Positions 52,397 to 64,000 of a stretch of DNA of 64,000 nucleotides are shown piece by piece. A program made the translations under genes and the position numbers. The number at the start of each line of letters is the position of its first letter. The stretch's first letter is position 1. This DNA is from Balanoglossus misakiensis (lineage: Eukaryota > Animalia > Hemichordata), in NCBI GenBank assembly GCA_040954595.2, contig CM082591.2, positions 5,239,009-5,303,008 on the forward strand, in the 5' to 3' direction. The notes under the pieces were generated by a model. That model made no database searches. It saw only the letters and a list, made by a program, of their open reading frames with translations, and had not been told where the DNA came from.

Positions 52397-54135
52397 TTAC
52401 ACTTTTTTGACAATCACTATGTCGATTTCATCGTCACTCATCAAAACACGACCCTTGTCTTCACTGGAATTCTTTCTCACGAAATCAAAAACTTGCTGCA
52501 GTAGTTCTGGTGGTGCTTTTTGCCGGAAATCTTTCCGCTGGACGAGAAAATCGAGGACCATGTTGCCGTCGGCGGAACTCTCGTCAAATGTGTCCGTTAC
52601 ATCAATGGCGCCCGAACGGACATGGCTCTGATACGCCATGCCTTGGGTTTCGATGTAGGATGTTATATCAGCGGCCGTTAGCAGATTCGTCGAGTTCCCT
52701 TCCCATTCCCGGAATTTCTGGAAGAGTGTTCCACAGGCACCTGCCAAGAAACAAGTCGAATCAGTGAAATTAATACCGAAGTTGAATTAAATATGTACAG
52801 CTAAACCTGTGTTAGTGACCACCTCTATATAGTGGCTACTTTGTTACAGTCCTTGTGTCTTAATTCTCCCTGCCTTAAATAGGTTTTAAGCTACCTAAGT
52901 GAGTGATGAATATCTCATATCAGATGACGTACACACAACTATCAGATGACGTACACACAACTATCAGATGACGTACACACAACTATCAGATGATGTACAC
53001 ACACCTATCAGATGACGTACACACCTATCAGATGACGTACACACAACTATCAGATGATGTACACACACCTATCAGATGACGTACACACAACTATCAGATG
53101 ACGTACACACCATTATCAGATGACGTACACACACCTATCAGATGACGTACACACAACTATCAGATGACGTACACACAACTATCAGATGACGTACACACAA
53201 CTATCAGATGACGTACACACAACTATCAGATGGCGTACACACAACTATCAGATGACGTACACACAACTATCAGATGACGTACACACCATTATCAGATGGA
53301 GCACTTACTGCTGCCACTGTCTATTGTATTTGCCATGACCCCTCCTGGAAGCAAGCTGTCGTAAAATTGGTCCAGTGCACATTTCCAATCATCCATATAG
53401 TAAAGACCATTGACGCACACCAATAGGTGGAATTTATGATTGGTGTTGCCTCCTCGTTGGACGTATCCCTCGAATGTGTCTGCGAACCAGCTGAACGTCA
53501 GATTGGGATACTTTGTCACCATATCCGCTGCCTTTGTTTTGAACTTTTCCAGTTGCTCTTCAGCGGGTTCGATAACCTCGATGTGCAGCTTCGACGACGG
53601 GAAGAATTTCACCAGAATCTCGATTATCATCTGTTCGAGATATCCTGTTGACAGTGAATCAAGTGTTGGAACAGAATATCAAAAAACGAACATCCAGCAA
53701 GCCATTTGCATAAATCCATTATACGTAGCTGTGCGCCATTTTTCATATCATCAGAATGATTTGTTTCACAGAGAAGAGGATCTCGGCCAATACATCATTG
53801 AATCTCATACTACAGTAAAACCAACTAAAATAGCAAAAAACATGTACCACAGAAACTAACCAAATACACGTACTATACAAATGCTAAATGCTGAAAGAAA
53901 CTATCCAAAACTGAGTTGCAGTTGGACGCATACCTTGTCCGGAAGCAACTGCCAACATTCTGACGTCATTTCCGGCATTATCATTCACTTTTTCAGATAA
54001 AGACTTGATGATTCCATCCCACTGGGTTCTCCACAATTCGCCTGAATCCGCGACTGCCTTTCGGGTGTAAGTGTCGTAGGTCTTGAAGTAGTAGTCTACG
54101 TCACTGTAAATGCTTTCCAGAGGAGCTGCTGCCAT
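52397..54135 (-). CDS. Histamine N-methyltransferase-like class I SAM-dependent methyltransferase
   Basis: Exons 53934-54135 (RMLAVASGQG, motif I), 53309-53644 (EVIEP, FHLL...LYYM, LLPGG), 52397-52740 (IDVTDTFDESSADGNMVLDFL, similar to HNMT DISDCF...GDLLWDFL). Confidence 0.8.
52918..53298. repeat. 22-bp minisatellite, about 17 copies, in HNMT-like intron 2
   Basis: Unit ATCAGATGACGTACACACAACT with small indels; no unique spacers. Confidence 0.95.
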
Positions 54136-54198
54136 CGTCACGTTATAACTCGTGAAACGTCATCAATGATGGTGCACCCCCTGTAGTGTTCAATCTCC

Positions 54199-54551
54199 TA
54201 GTCTAGAATCCAGACTTGTGTTTTTTTTCGCTTTGCTCACTCCACACATAGTCTGGCATTCTGGTCGCCATTTTTGAAATTTTGCTATTTGCATGTCAAA
54301 GGACTCTAGCCATGGCAACTCAGGTCACGTGATACTGAGCAACACCCCTGCTCATTAATTCAGCCAATCAGTAAAGATTGACTTCAATGATGTCATGATC
54401 GTGACCACATGGTGAGAAGTGACCTGAATTGCCATGGTTAGAGTCCTTTGACATGCAAATAGCAAAATCTCAAAACTGAAGACCGATATTCTAGACTGTG
54501 TGTGGAGTGAGCAAAGCGAAAAAAACACAGACCAGTTTGGATTCAAGACTA
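54199..54551. mobile_element. Older foldback element with TAG...CTA ends and degenerate 9-bp TSD, just upstream of the HNMT-like ATG
   Basis: ~130-bp imperfect inverted arms (TTTTCGCTTTGCTCACTCCACAC / GTGTGGAGTGAGCAAAGCGAAAA; TTTGCTATTTGCATGTCAAAGGACTCTA / TAGAGTCCTTTGACATGCAAATAGCAAA); flanks TCAATCTCC and ACAGTCTCC. Confidence 0.75.
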
Positions 54552-57389
54552 ACAGTCTCCTGAATATAGAGTAGATGTGTAGAGTTAAACACAGGCCTGC
54601 TGGGGTTAGCCTAATACTGGTAGAGTCAAACCTGAGTTAGTGGCCGCCTCTATATATTTGAAACTATACTCTACAGTGGCCATGAAGTGATAGTCCCTGC
54701 ACAATTTACATGTGCACTTATTGACCTGTCTGTAAAGTCCACCGGTCTATATAAAGACCAGCCTCAGAATGTCCTTTGAATGACCGTTCATGTAGTCTCA
54801 TGCTCACGCAGAGCTATTCACACAGTGTTTGAGCGCAGTCACACTAATTACCCGTGTTTGCCCGAGAACTGCCAGAGGAAAAGTAGGCTCAGTGATAGTA
54901 GCATAGACCGAGGCTCATCCTGGTGCTGAGCTTGACTGGTGTGCCGTGCAATTACCACTATACATGGCCAGACCTCGACTTATGGCACCACGGTTAATGT
55001 TTTAGGTGCGCCCATGTCTAAAGAGGTCAACCACTTGTCCCCAATAACTGTCCATCTTGTTTATACACATGTACATCTATAGTTTATATTAGCTGTGAAC
55101 TTGAGGCGACTTAGGTGAATTTGAATATGTCCACAAGGAGATATGTAGTTGAAATGCCCCTAATTACATTCAAAAGGCTACTGCTTTACAGATACTGAAG
55201 CTTTCATTCTATAGATAATATTATGTAATTTCAATCATTCCCCCAACCAAAGTTCCTAGGTCAGACATGACATTTGCATGTTCAGTTCAACGTACAGTAC
55301 ATTGTAGCTGTAGTACTATATAGCTCCAGGTTTAGCCTGGTACAATGTATTTGTTTTGTACATGTAGTTCACTAGTCTAGTATCTCTGGCCGTGTTTTGT
55401 CCGGCTGTGCCAGACCATGGAGCTACAAGCCGTTCACGCACCACAGTAAAAATGGGTGCGACAGCACTGCAGCTATATATGCAGGTACATACACAGGCTG
55501 GTCCCTGTCGAGTCAGAAGGTCAACTAAAATGTACCAGATACCACAACACTCGGTTCTGTGGTCAGCTTCAACACACGGAAGAATCTGTGACCACGGCGT
55601 TGCGGTATGCAAACTGAGAAACATGTCTATAACGTTATATATGAGAGAATACTGACCTTCCGTTATCACGCTGTTGCGCTGTCTCTCGCCAATGTAACAC
55701 CGAGAGAACACTGCGCACAATGAAGAACCTAAATCCAAACAATACTCCCACTGCATACGTAAGCTGATAAGGGGAGAGCCATTTGATTTCTTGGAGGGAT
55801 GGGGTATTTGGGTAAGTCAGCATAATTCCAGCCACTGCTACAGCATTTTGTTTTATTATTTTTTCTCCAAGGCATTGTAGGGAAAATTGCATTTCTTCCT
55901 CACCATATGCCAATATTTCCCCCCCCCCCCACAAATCCTCCACTCCCCGAAATAAAATGGTTTATCCCTAAGCATAAATCATTTGTAACCAGACCATCCT
56001 TCTGTAGGCTTTATCCGATTGGATCTTGCATCCAACCGAAGAAGGTGCTACCCTAATCGGGACTCAGGTTCAGTATACAGGAAAGACATATCAGGGATAA
56101 CCAATTTGTTTGTGAGGGGGGGAGTGGTGGACGAAATGCAACTGTGCTAAATGTACCCTCCTGGATCGTCATGACTGTTCACTCGGTTATGTTAAAGTAT
56201 TGTAATTCAGCTACTTGGCTTTTAGTTTCAGACAGACTAGAAATTATGACAAAATTATGACTTTGGCTGAGAAGGGTGTGGGAAAGATATTCCCCGAATA
56301 CTATTTAGCAACATTTCATCACTAGTGACAATCAAGATGGCCAAATTTCGAAACAATTGGACAAAGTTTCCCCGGAGTGTTTAACACAGGCGCTAAAAAC
56401 GACAAACTCACAAGTTTTAAACACATGACACAATGACTATGCCTTTATTGTCGATTATTTTCACCACTTCTCTAACAGAAATAACCCACAAGTGTACATT
56501 AGGTGTGGTAATAAAACATAAAACAAAACTAACATATCGAATTATATACTTCAATACATACACGTTTACCCCTTGCACCAGACAAACGTTCATTTTACTG
56601 CAGTACATTTTAATGGTTATTGCCTATTATTGGGTTGCCACATTGGTTACTTCATTCACAATACAGTAATATTTATTATAACCTAAAAATGAGCCGATTA
56701 TCTAAAAATAACGATGAGAACTTCGAAAGGATGTAAGTTCCTTAATATGTTTTGAATATTAATACAAATACCTATAAATAAATATTCCTCAGACTATATT
56801 ATATTGTTTATGTAAATTTCATACTATGTAAACCGACATTACTATAACACAAGTAATCAATAAAAGATGCGTAATACCAGCGTAACATATTTACTACTCC
56901 AAGAATAGACACACCATCGCCTGGAAATTTACCCACGAGTTAATTCCCTAACCCTAAACACAACTATTGTATGGGAAAATAAATGTCTCCCTTTGTATGA
57001 ACTAACCGTTCACAAGTCATGTGGATAAAATTTCCATTACCTTCCAACGAACCCACATACGTTAAATCGGCATTATTTTACTTAAAAATTAACTTCAAGT
57101 TCAAACTCTTACTCCTTCGCCAACAATAACAATGATCATCACATATATGCATGTACACGTGTAAAACGACATTCAAATTTGACGTGTTTCAGTGTTCGGA
57201 ATGCCTGAATGGTGTAATGTACACATAACAAGGATTAAACATTTATCACTGAATCAAGAAAAGTGTCACATCATGAATTTTGATTTTAGAAATGTGAACA
57301 TTGGCTCGCCTCTCTCTCCAGCACGTCACCGCTCAGATGGCGAGAATTCGGTCGACATGCATGGATGGGGGTTACCGTTAGCAACGGGG

Positions 57390-59672
57390 TTATATTTCCG
57401 GCAAAGCTATTTCGGAGTAAACCTCCGTGGTGGGATCGCCTTTGGTAGAGCGGCTTCTGTCGTTGGTACCTTCCGGTACACCTCCCGCAGTCTTGCCGTG
57501 GGACTTGGTGACCGCTTTACGGCGGCAGTACCTGATCGCGAACACCGTTCCAACTGACGCCACGGCGGTGAACATACCGAGGAAAAAGCCAACCACTGCG
57601 TAGTCGTTCACAGGTTGGACCGACGCGAATTTGGCGCAGTTTGTTGCCGCTGCAGTAGGTTTCTTTTCATCTGTAATTATCGGTTGTGTTGTGATGCTTG
57701 AGCTTACTGTTGGGACAGCCACGTCTGTTGATAATTGGCCGATATGCGTGTTTGTATGCACAGTTATACCAGTAGTTGTATCCGTTCCCGAAGCTATACC
57801 AGAAGTATCCATATCTGTATCTGTACCTGCAGTATTTGCGTATGTTTCACTTCCTGCATCTATAAACGTATCTCTTTCTGTATTTCCATCCGTATCTGTA
57901 TCTGTACTTGCAGTATTTGCGTATGTTTCACTTCCTGCATCTATAAACGTATCTCTGTCCGTATTTCCATCTGTATCTGTATGTGTATCTGAACCTGTAG
58001 CTGCAGTTCCATCTTCACCTGTATTTGCATCTCTTGTGATTTCTGTAGTGCCAGCATTAACCATTCTTGGACTTGTGTTGTGATTTGTAGCTGTTGGTGG
58101 TATGATGGCTCCTGACAGTGGCCCTTCTGAAGGCTTTTCTGTTTTGGAAGCAGATTCCTCTTTGACAACCGTTGACATGTCTGCAGGTGTTGACGGCATG
58201 GTTTCTGTTGTTCCAATTTGAATAGGCTGTCCCGTGGAATTTATGTTAAGCATTCTAATTCCTACGGATGTCCCTTCCGAGTTCGTCGCCACGCACGAAT
58301 ACGAACCCAACTCTGACACCTCTACAGATGGGATGAAGAGATTTCCATTATCTTGTTGAACAATCTTTTCCTCAGAGCACGGGTTCTCTGTTTGACTTCG
58401 GATAATCTTTCCTGCAGGACTGACCCAATATCTATCAGGTTCCGGCTCGCCAAATACGTCACAGTCCATAGCTACATTGTTGCCAACTGCAGTGGTGATT
58501 GTTTTGATTGGTGCATTGAATACCGGAAGTGGGTAACATGTAAAATTCTCTAAAGGCATCTGCAACATATCACGTCCTGCAAGGAGACCCGGTGATTTGC
58601 ATCTCGTAACTTCATTTTCATAGCCGAAGTTTATCCATCTGTCTTCAGCATTCAACCATGCCATGAAGTCTCGTAAACGACAGTCACAAGACCATGGATT
58701 GCCATTCAAGAATAGTGATTGTAATTTGCCTTGTTCTTGGACAATATTTCCGGCTAGTGTTGAAAGATTATTATCCCGCAGATGGATGTCTGTCAACTGA
58801 TGTAACCCATGAAAAGTCTTTTCTGGCAAAGATGTGAGAGCATTGTTTGATAAACTTAGGATTTCCAACTTAGACAGTCCATGGAAAATGGTTTCTGGCA
58901 GCGAATGTATAGCATTGCCGCTCAAAAGCAACATGGTTAGTTCTCCTACGTCACGAAACATATTTTCATGTAATAGGATGATCTCATTATTGTACAATAG
59001 TAGTCGTTGAAGATTTACCAGGCCGTGGAATAAAATGTCCGGGAGACAAGTGAGCTTATTGTCCTTCAGAATAATTTCTTCCAGGTTTGTTAGGCCATGG
59101 AAGACAGTTCCTGGCAAATACGTGAGTAGATTGTGAGATAAGTCTATTATTGTTAATTTGACCGTTTTCTTAAATATGCTGACGGGGAGCGTTGTGACTT
59201 GATTGCGATCGAGTCGGAATATTGTCAGTTCCTGGCAGTTGTCTAGTATCGTTTCTGGTAATGCACTTATCCTGTTCTGGTTTAAGTTAAGCGCAGCCAA
59301 CTGTTGCAGCTCACTGAAAACATTCGCGGGCAAAGACGCCAAACGGTTGAAGCTCAGGTACAGAATGGTCAGACGTGGGAGACCGGTAAATGCACCCTCT
59401 TCTACGTGGTCAATTTCATTGGAATTCAGATACAGCTCAGCCACATGGGGATTGCTGATGAACGAGCCATTTTCAACGCGTCTCAAAAGATTACCGCCGA
59501 GCTGGAGAATGGTGGTGGCCAATGGTATGTCGGGAGGGACGGCAGTCATATCTCGGTACGCGCAGGAAACCGTGGTCCCGAAGCAATCGCAGTCGGATGG
59601 ACACCCGTGTACTGCTTGCAGTAGTGTAATAGAAATACAAACAACCAGAATGATCCTTCGCGAACCCTCCAT
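57390..59672 (-). CDS. Type I membrane LRR-Ig receptor (signal peptide, LRRNT, about a dozen LRRs, LRRCT, one Ig domain, Thr-rich stalk, TM, short tail)
   Basis: Single coding exon; MEGSRRIILVVCISITLLQAVHG signal peptide, CPSDCDC LRRNT, LxxLxLxxNxL repeats, GNPWSCDC LRRCT, Ig (C...W...GSYSC), TM AVVGFFLGMFTAVASVGTVFAI; acceptor at 59706 implies an upstream 5'UTR exon. Confidence 0.92.
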   Translation of the reverse strand: MEGSRRIILVVCISITLLQAVHGCPSDCDCFGTTVSCAYRDMTAVPPDIPLATTILQLGGNLLRRVENGSFISNPHVAELYLNSNEIDHVEEGAFTGLPRLTILYLSFNRLASLPANVFSELQQLAALNLNQNRISALPETILDNCQELTIFRLDRNQVTTLPVSIFKKTVKLTIIDLSHNLLTYLPGTVFHGLTNLEEIILKDNKLTCLPDILFHGLVNLQRLLLYNNEIILLHENMFRDVGELTMLLLSGNAIHSLPETIFHGLSKLEILSLSNNALTSLPEKTFHGLHQLTDIHLRDNNLSTLAGNIVQEQGKLQSLFLNGNPWSCDCRLRDFMAWLNAEDRWINFGYENEVTRCKSPGLLAGRDMLQMPLENFTCYPLPVFNAPIKTITTAVGNNVAMDCDVFGEPEPDRYWVSPAGKIIRSQTENPCSEEKIVQQDNGNLFIPSVEVSELGSYSCVATNSEGTSVGIRMLNINSTGQPIQIGTTETMPSTPADMSTVVKEESASKTEKPSEGPLSGAIIPPTATNHNTSPRMVNAGTTEITRDANTGEDGTAATGSDTHTDTDGNTDRDTFIDAGSETYANTASTDTDTDGNTERDTFIDAGSETYANTAGTDTDMDTSGIASGTDTTTGITVHTNTHIGQLSTDVAVPTVSSSITTQPIITDEKKPTAAATNCAKFASVQPVNDYAVVGFFLGMFTAVASVGTVFAIRYCRRKAVTKSHGKTAGGVPEGTNDRSRSTKGDPTTEVYSEIALPEI

Positions 59673-60375
59673 GATGCACTTGTCCACGGAGGTTGACGTC
59701 GTCCCCTGCAAGCAACATGGACCGGGATATGCTTGTTCAAAATGTTAAGCTCGTAATTATAGATACACACTCATCATTTAGAAGAAAGGAACAGATCAAC
59801 GTGACACACTGAGAAATGTTGCCACACACACACACACCACTGTTAAAGCCCCATGTATCCTGGTTAAAATGGATTTGAAATGAGCTAACATGTTTTTTGC
59901 AGGTCACGCTAAGAAGGGCAGCTACTAAGTGGTTGCTTTTCAATTGAACAAGGTAGAGGAAAGAAAGAAAATGACCAGAGAAAATAGCTTAAGATGAATG
60001 GACGTATGCCAGTGTAGGCGCAATGGCTGAGAGAGCAAAAATGACGTCAATGAAAGTGACGGGATTGGTGCATTAACCAATGTTTAATAGTCTGCCCGCA
60101 GGTGCTGTAAGAAAATCAGTATAAGCCTTGATTCGTTGCTTGGCCCTGTACGCAGACTTGGGATGTTTTTGTTCGGTGCGAACAATTGTATTGAAATCTC
60201 AAAACGACCGGTGTGTTATAGAAGGGTGGGAGAAAGGAATGTACTATTCTACTATACTAACCGGGAGATGGTGAAATGCGGAAAGGGTCATGCCATGGCG
60301 AGTACTTCGGGCGTGGTAATTGTACCATGACAGACACAGGTCTCAGGTCGTGTCTGGGTCATGATGTATCAATGG

Positions 60376-60496
<121 letters not shown>

Positions 60497-60887
60497 CGTG
60501 CGTCATGTTGCTCTCCGACCATCAGAAATGTCCGAAACCGTGAAAAAGCGAAGCGTACATGCGACCAGAACGTTTATTACATGGTGCGATTTTGTTAGAA
60601 TGTGCATTGAACGAAATCACTGAAAATGTTTAATAATTCCATACTTCAAATGGTTAATTGGAACACTATAATACGAAAAGAATAAAACAATGGTTTTCCT
60701 TTTCAAAATTAGGGATGAAATGACCATGCACATCTCTCATGCTAACTAAAACAGGTCTCGTGTTGATTATTATTCATGGTCAGAAATTGACCAGGTTCTG
60801 GAAACAAATACAGAGGTTTGAAGGATCTTCTGGCAGAGACTAAGGCATATTCGGACGCGGTTGATAAAGATTCGTAAAATCAATTAC

Positions 60888-61051
60888 CTGAGTGATGCGA
60901 TCAGGAACAGACAGAAGCTGACACAGTCGTCCAAAGTTCTTCTTGGTGTTGTGTGGATTGCTGAACAGATATGAAGACAGGACTCCTCTCCCTCTCTTGA
61001 AAGGTGTGTCGACTATCTGACGAAATCACTTCAGTAGCCAGGTTATATACG
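60888..61051 (-). promoter_or_regulatory. Putative TATA box and non-coding first exon of the LRR-Ig gene
   Basis: Minus-strand TATATAA at ~61043-61049 and donor CAG|GTAATT at 60888/60887, pairing plausibly with the acceptor at 59706. Confidence 0.4.
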
Positions 61052-62948
61052 CTTCTGGAGCCAAACGTGACAATGAATTGGCGGAAGCTGAGACAGCAGG
61101 CAAAAGTGCTTCTTGCTGTTGCGCGGGTTGCTGAGCAGATGTTGAATTCAGAACCCCCCTCCCTCCCCCGCTCTCTCTCTCTTGAAGGGAGTCTTGACTG
61201 TCCGACGAAAACACTTAATACATGGGCTTCTTGAGTCAAGTAATAAACGGGAGAATAAACGCTTTATGAGTTGTCTTTGAAGTGCACGTTCGAGGACGGC
61301 TTATCGACAATGGCATTGATTACTCTCTTTCTCTACGTTCGCTTGGCAATAGAAAGATGTCCGTCAATCAATCTCAACGACCATGCACGGATTCGCTTGT
61401 CAAAAGGGGCGCCTGCCAATCACTTTCCCTAAGCATGGGTTAGCCTTGGGGAAAGATGTCAAAACGCGTCAAACTTCTGAGCACCATCTGCCGACATCTT
61501 GTGATATCTGCATATTGTCACGTGTTCACTCCGTCCCCACACGGTTCTCCACAGCCATTTTTCGTACAATGATTTCCCTGTCGTCAAAATTGGCAACATA
61601 ACAGGCGAAAACTTTGCACCATGATTTAGCTGCTCGCGCCCAAGTGAATACTAATCTATCGTTAACGTCTGTGGAAAAGCAGAAAAAATAATTTGCATTA
61701 ACAGTTAGCTGGCCTCAGTGATTCTCTCATCCAAAAGACATAATAACATTCGTTCCCATGCGTTCATAGCCATAAATCATATTATTTTATTAACTGATGC
61801 AATGACATTACAATTTTTTTTAATGTTAATAATAAATGTATATCATATGCGTTGGTTCATATCCTATACATGTAAGATTTCTAGTTATACAAATACATGC
61901 AAAATGGTAAATTCAGTAAAATGCAGAGACAGCGTGTTACAAAAGATAGGGCATAACACGCTCAGTCAGTCAAGACATAATATAATGAAATTAACCATAG
62001 TTTCATTTGAATATAGTAGATAAACCGCCCAACCATTAACAATGTGTAATTAAATTTTTTCGAATTTTCCACAAATCATAAAAAGGTTTCTTTAAAACGA
62101 TAAGAAGTCATATCTTGAAGAAAACATATTTAAATAAAACATATGGTTTCATAATCCTATAAGCCTCATTAGCTGGAATCAATTGCTCACTATACCGATA
62201 CTATAGTAGCCCACAACGGTCACATAGTCGACAAATGCATTCGAGACTCACAACCCAAAAGTATATGTACATACAATATATTGTGTTATTAAACCGAATA
62301 TTGGACATTATATCGTCCTTTTGAAATTGAGTTAAACAAGACGCCGCAGTTGATAATAAAAAAATCATAATGAAAATAACAGAAACAACTTATGTACTTC
62401 AAGATACAGGATTTGTAAAAACAACAATTTTTCATTAAATTCATAATTTCTCCCAAGTAACCGAGATTCTTGTAAATTTATGTAAGGATACTATTTTTTG
62501 CGAAAAATTTAATAAATGATAATTCATACACAGTAATATTTATCTCCTAATTAGTATGTTTTTAAAAAAAAAACCTTTAAATATATTTGAATACAATTGA
62601 AAATTTTACAATTTCTTTTCTCTGTTAATAGAGGATGCTATAGTTTTGTAAGTGTGAATGCTATCAGTTTGGCAGATGGCTCGATATTTTACACTGTTTA
62701 TGCATGCGTACAAATGGCAGAGACCATCTGCATATTCTTACGTCTAGATCCTCTTGTAATTTTAGTAATTGAAATAAGTAGGTTCGCAACTGCATAAATT
62801 ATCGCGAGAACCTGTGTAAGAGGAGCTATGTATATTGTATATAGCTGTCTACGATTTGAAATACTTGCAAACAGAAAAGCTATCTTAGCCCAATTTTACA
62901 AAGTTAACATCGCCAAGCAATGTAAAGACTGCGCACTAAAGTATCATA

Positions 62949-64000
62949 TCAGGTTGCTTTTAAACTTTCATAAGTGTTCGCATCTTGAGTTTCTGGAGAT
63001 AGAGACGCGTACACAGCTTCCGTCCCATCGGCCACTGCAGCGTTTACATTTACATGTCCGGATTGGGCTTGATCATAGCCAGTCGTCGCTTGTGAAACGG
63101 AGGGGTCAGATTGCAGGTCTCCTAAATCTATGTCGGGCCCATTCCCTGAGGCTTGTTTAGCAGCATCCTGATTATCATGTGGTTTTCTTCCCCGCTTATG
63201 GCGACAGTGTCTTATTCCAAACAATAATCCAACCAGCAAAGCAGCTGTGAGAATGCCGAGAAAGAATCCGATCACCACCCCTACAAAGCCGGTAACAGAC
63301 GGGACATCTGTGTTATCAAATGTAGTATGCGTTGCAACAACGGTTTTCTCAGAGTGTGTTCCTGTTGATGGTACGGTTGTTTCTGTGGATATGGTCGTTA
63401 TTGTTGGGACCACATTATTTCCCTTGACTGTTGAAGATAACGGGACAGTCTGGTCTACGTCACGGATGTTTAGTACCCTTACCCCCAACGATGTCCCTTC
63501 TGCGTTGGTGGCCACGCAGGAATACGAACCCGAGTCTGCCATTTCAACGGATGAGATCAGGAGGCTCCCGTTGTCAACCTGAACCAACTTTTCATGCGAA
63601 CACGCATTCTGCATTTGAGGGTATACAGCCTCCCCACCAGGGGTGAGCCAATATTTAAATGGGTCTGGTACACCTACTACGTCACAATCCAGAGTTACAT
63701 CGTCACCCACGTCGGTGATTATCACTTCGAATACTGTCACAGTGCTAAATACCGGAAGTGGACAACACGTCATGTTGTCCGGTGGTATTTGCAATAACTC
63801 ACGTCCTGCAAGATGATCTGGTGAATTACACACCGTTGGTAAATATCCCAAATTCAATCGATGACTGTTGTCATCCAGCCACAGTCTGAAATCTCGTAAA
63901 CGGCAGTCACACGACCAAGGATTATCGTTAATGTATAAATAACGTAATTTGTCAAGTCCATGGAAAATGTTGCCCGGTAAAGTTGTGATGTCGGTACTGT
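62949..64000 (-). CDS. Second LRR-Ig transmembrane receptor paralog (5' part outside window)
   Basis: Frame open to window end (LPGNIFHGLDKLRYLYINDNPWSCDCRLRDF), Ig domain closely similar to paralog (GSYSCVATNAEGTS), TM VGVVIGFFLGILTAALLVGLLFGI, tail ending EAVYASL...NTYESLKAT*. Confidence 0.9.
   Translation of the reverse strand, partial: STDITTLPGNIFHGLDKLRYLYINDNPWSCDCRLRDFRLWLDDNSHRLNLGYLPTVCNSPDHLAGRELLQIPPDNMTCCPLPVFSTVTVFEVIITDVGDDVTLDCDVVGVPDPFKYWLTPGGEAVYPQMQNACSHEKLVQVDNGSLLISSVEMADSGSYSCVATNAEGTSLGVRVLNIRDVDQTVPLSSTVKGNNVVPTITTISTETTVPSTGTHSEKTVVATHTTFDNTDVPSVTGFVGVVIGFFLGILTAALLVGLLFGIRHCRHKRGRKPHDNQDAAKQASGNGPDIDLGDLQSDPSVSQATTGYDQAQSGHVNVNAAVADGTEAVYASLSPETQDANTYESLKAT

Noticed and set aside
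52918-53298. CRISPR-like appearance of the 22-bp array (also the 28-bp and 103-bp arrays)
   Set aside because: Head-to-tail units without unique spacers, no cas genes, eukaryotic intron context.

Overview
AT-rich, intron-rich metazoan genomic DNA, probably a non-vertebrate deuterostome (inferred from gene content, not proven). Genes reconstructed by hand from GT-AG splice sites and recognisable protein motifs: harmonin USH1C (-, 2247-13149) head-to-head with EIF4G2/NAT1/DAP5 (+, CDS 16656-24923, which has no usable AUG and appears to start at a conserved GUG); an SLC7 heteromeric amino-acid transporter light chain (-); FAD synthase FLAD1 (-); an intronless Merlin/ISXO2-transposase-derived ORF missing its DDE core (-); two tandem divergent sigma-like GSTs (-); a histamine-N-methyltransferase-like gene (-); and two tandem LRR-Ig transmembrane receptors (-; the second is cut by the window end and has an ITAM-like tail). 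Non-coding DNA holds many MITEs and foldback elements, a tRNA-derived SINE, a 1555-bp tandem duplication, and several tandem repeats seeded at exon 3' ends. No tRNA, rRNA or CRISPR array was seen. The best leads are the possibly domesticated catalytic-core-less Merlin gene, the uORF/hairpin/GUG leader of EIF4G2, the ITAM-like LRR-Ig receptor pair, and a run of 72 consecutive G/C-ending codons confined to one EIF4G2 exon. All identifications come from recalled family motifs; no database searches were run.
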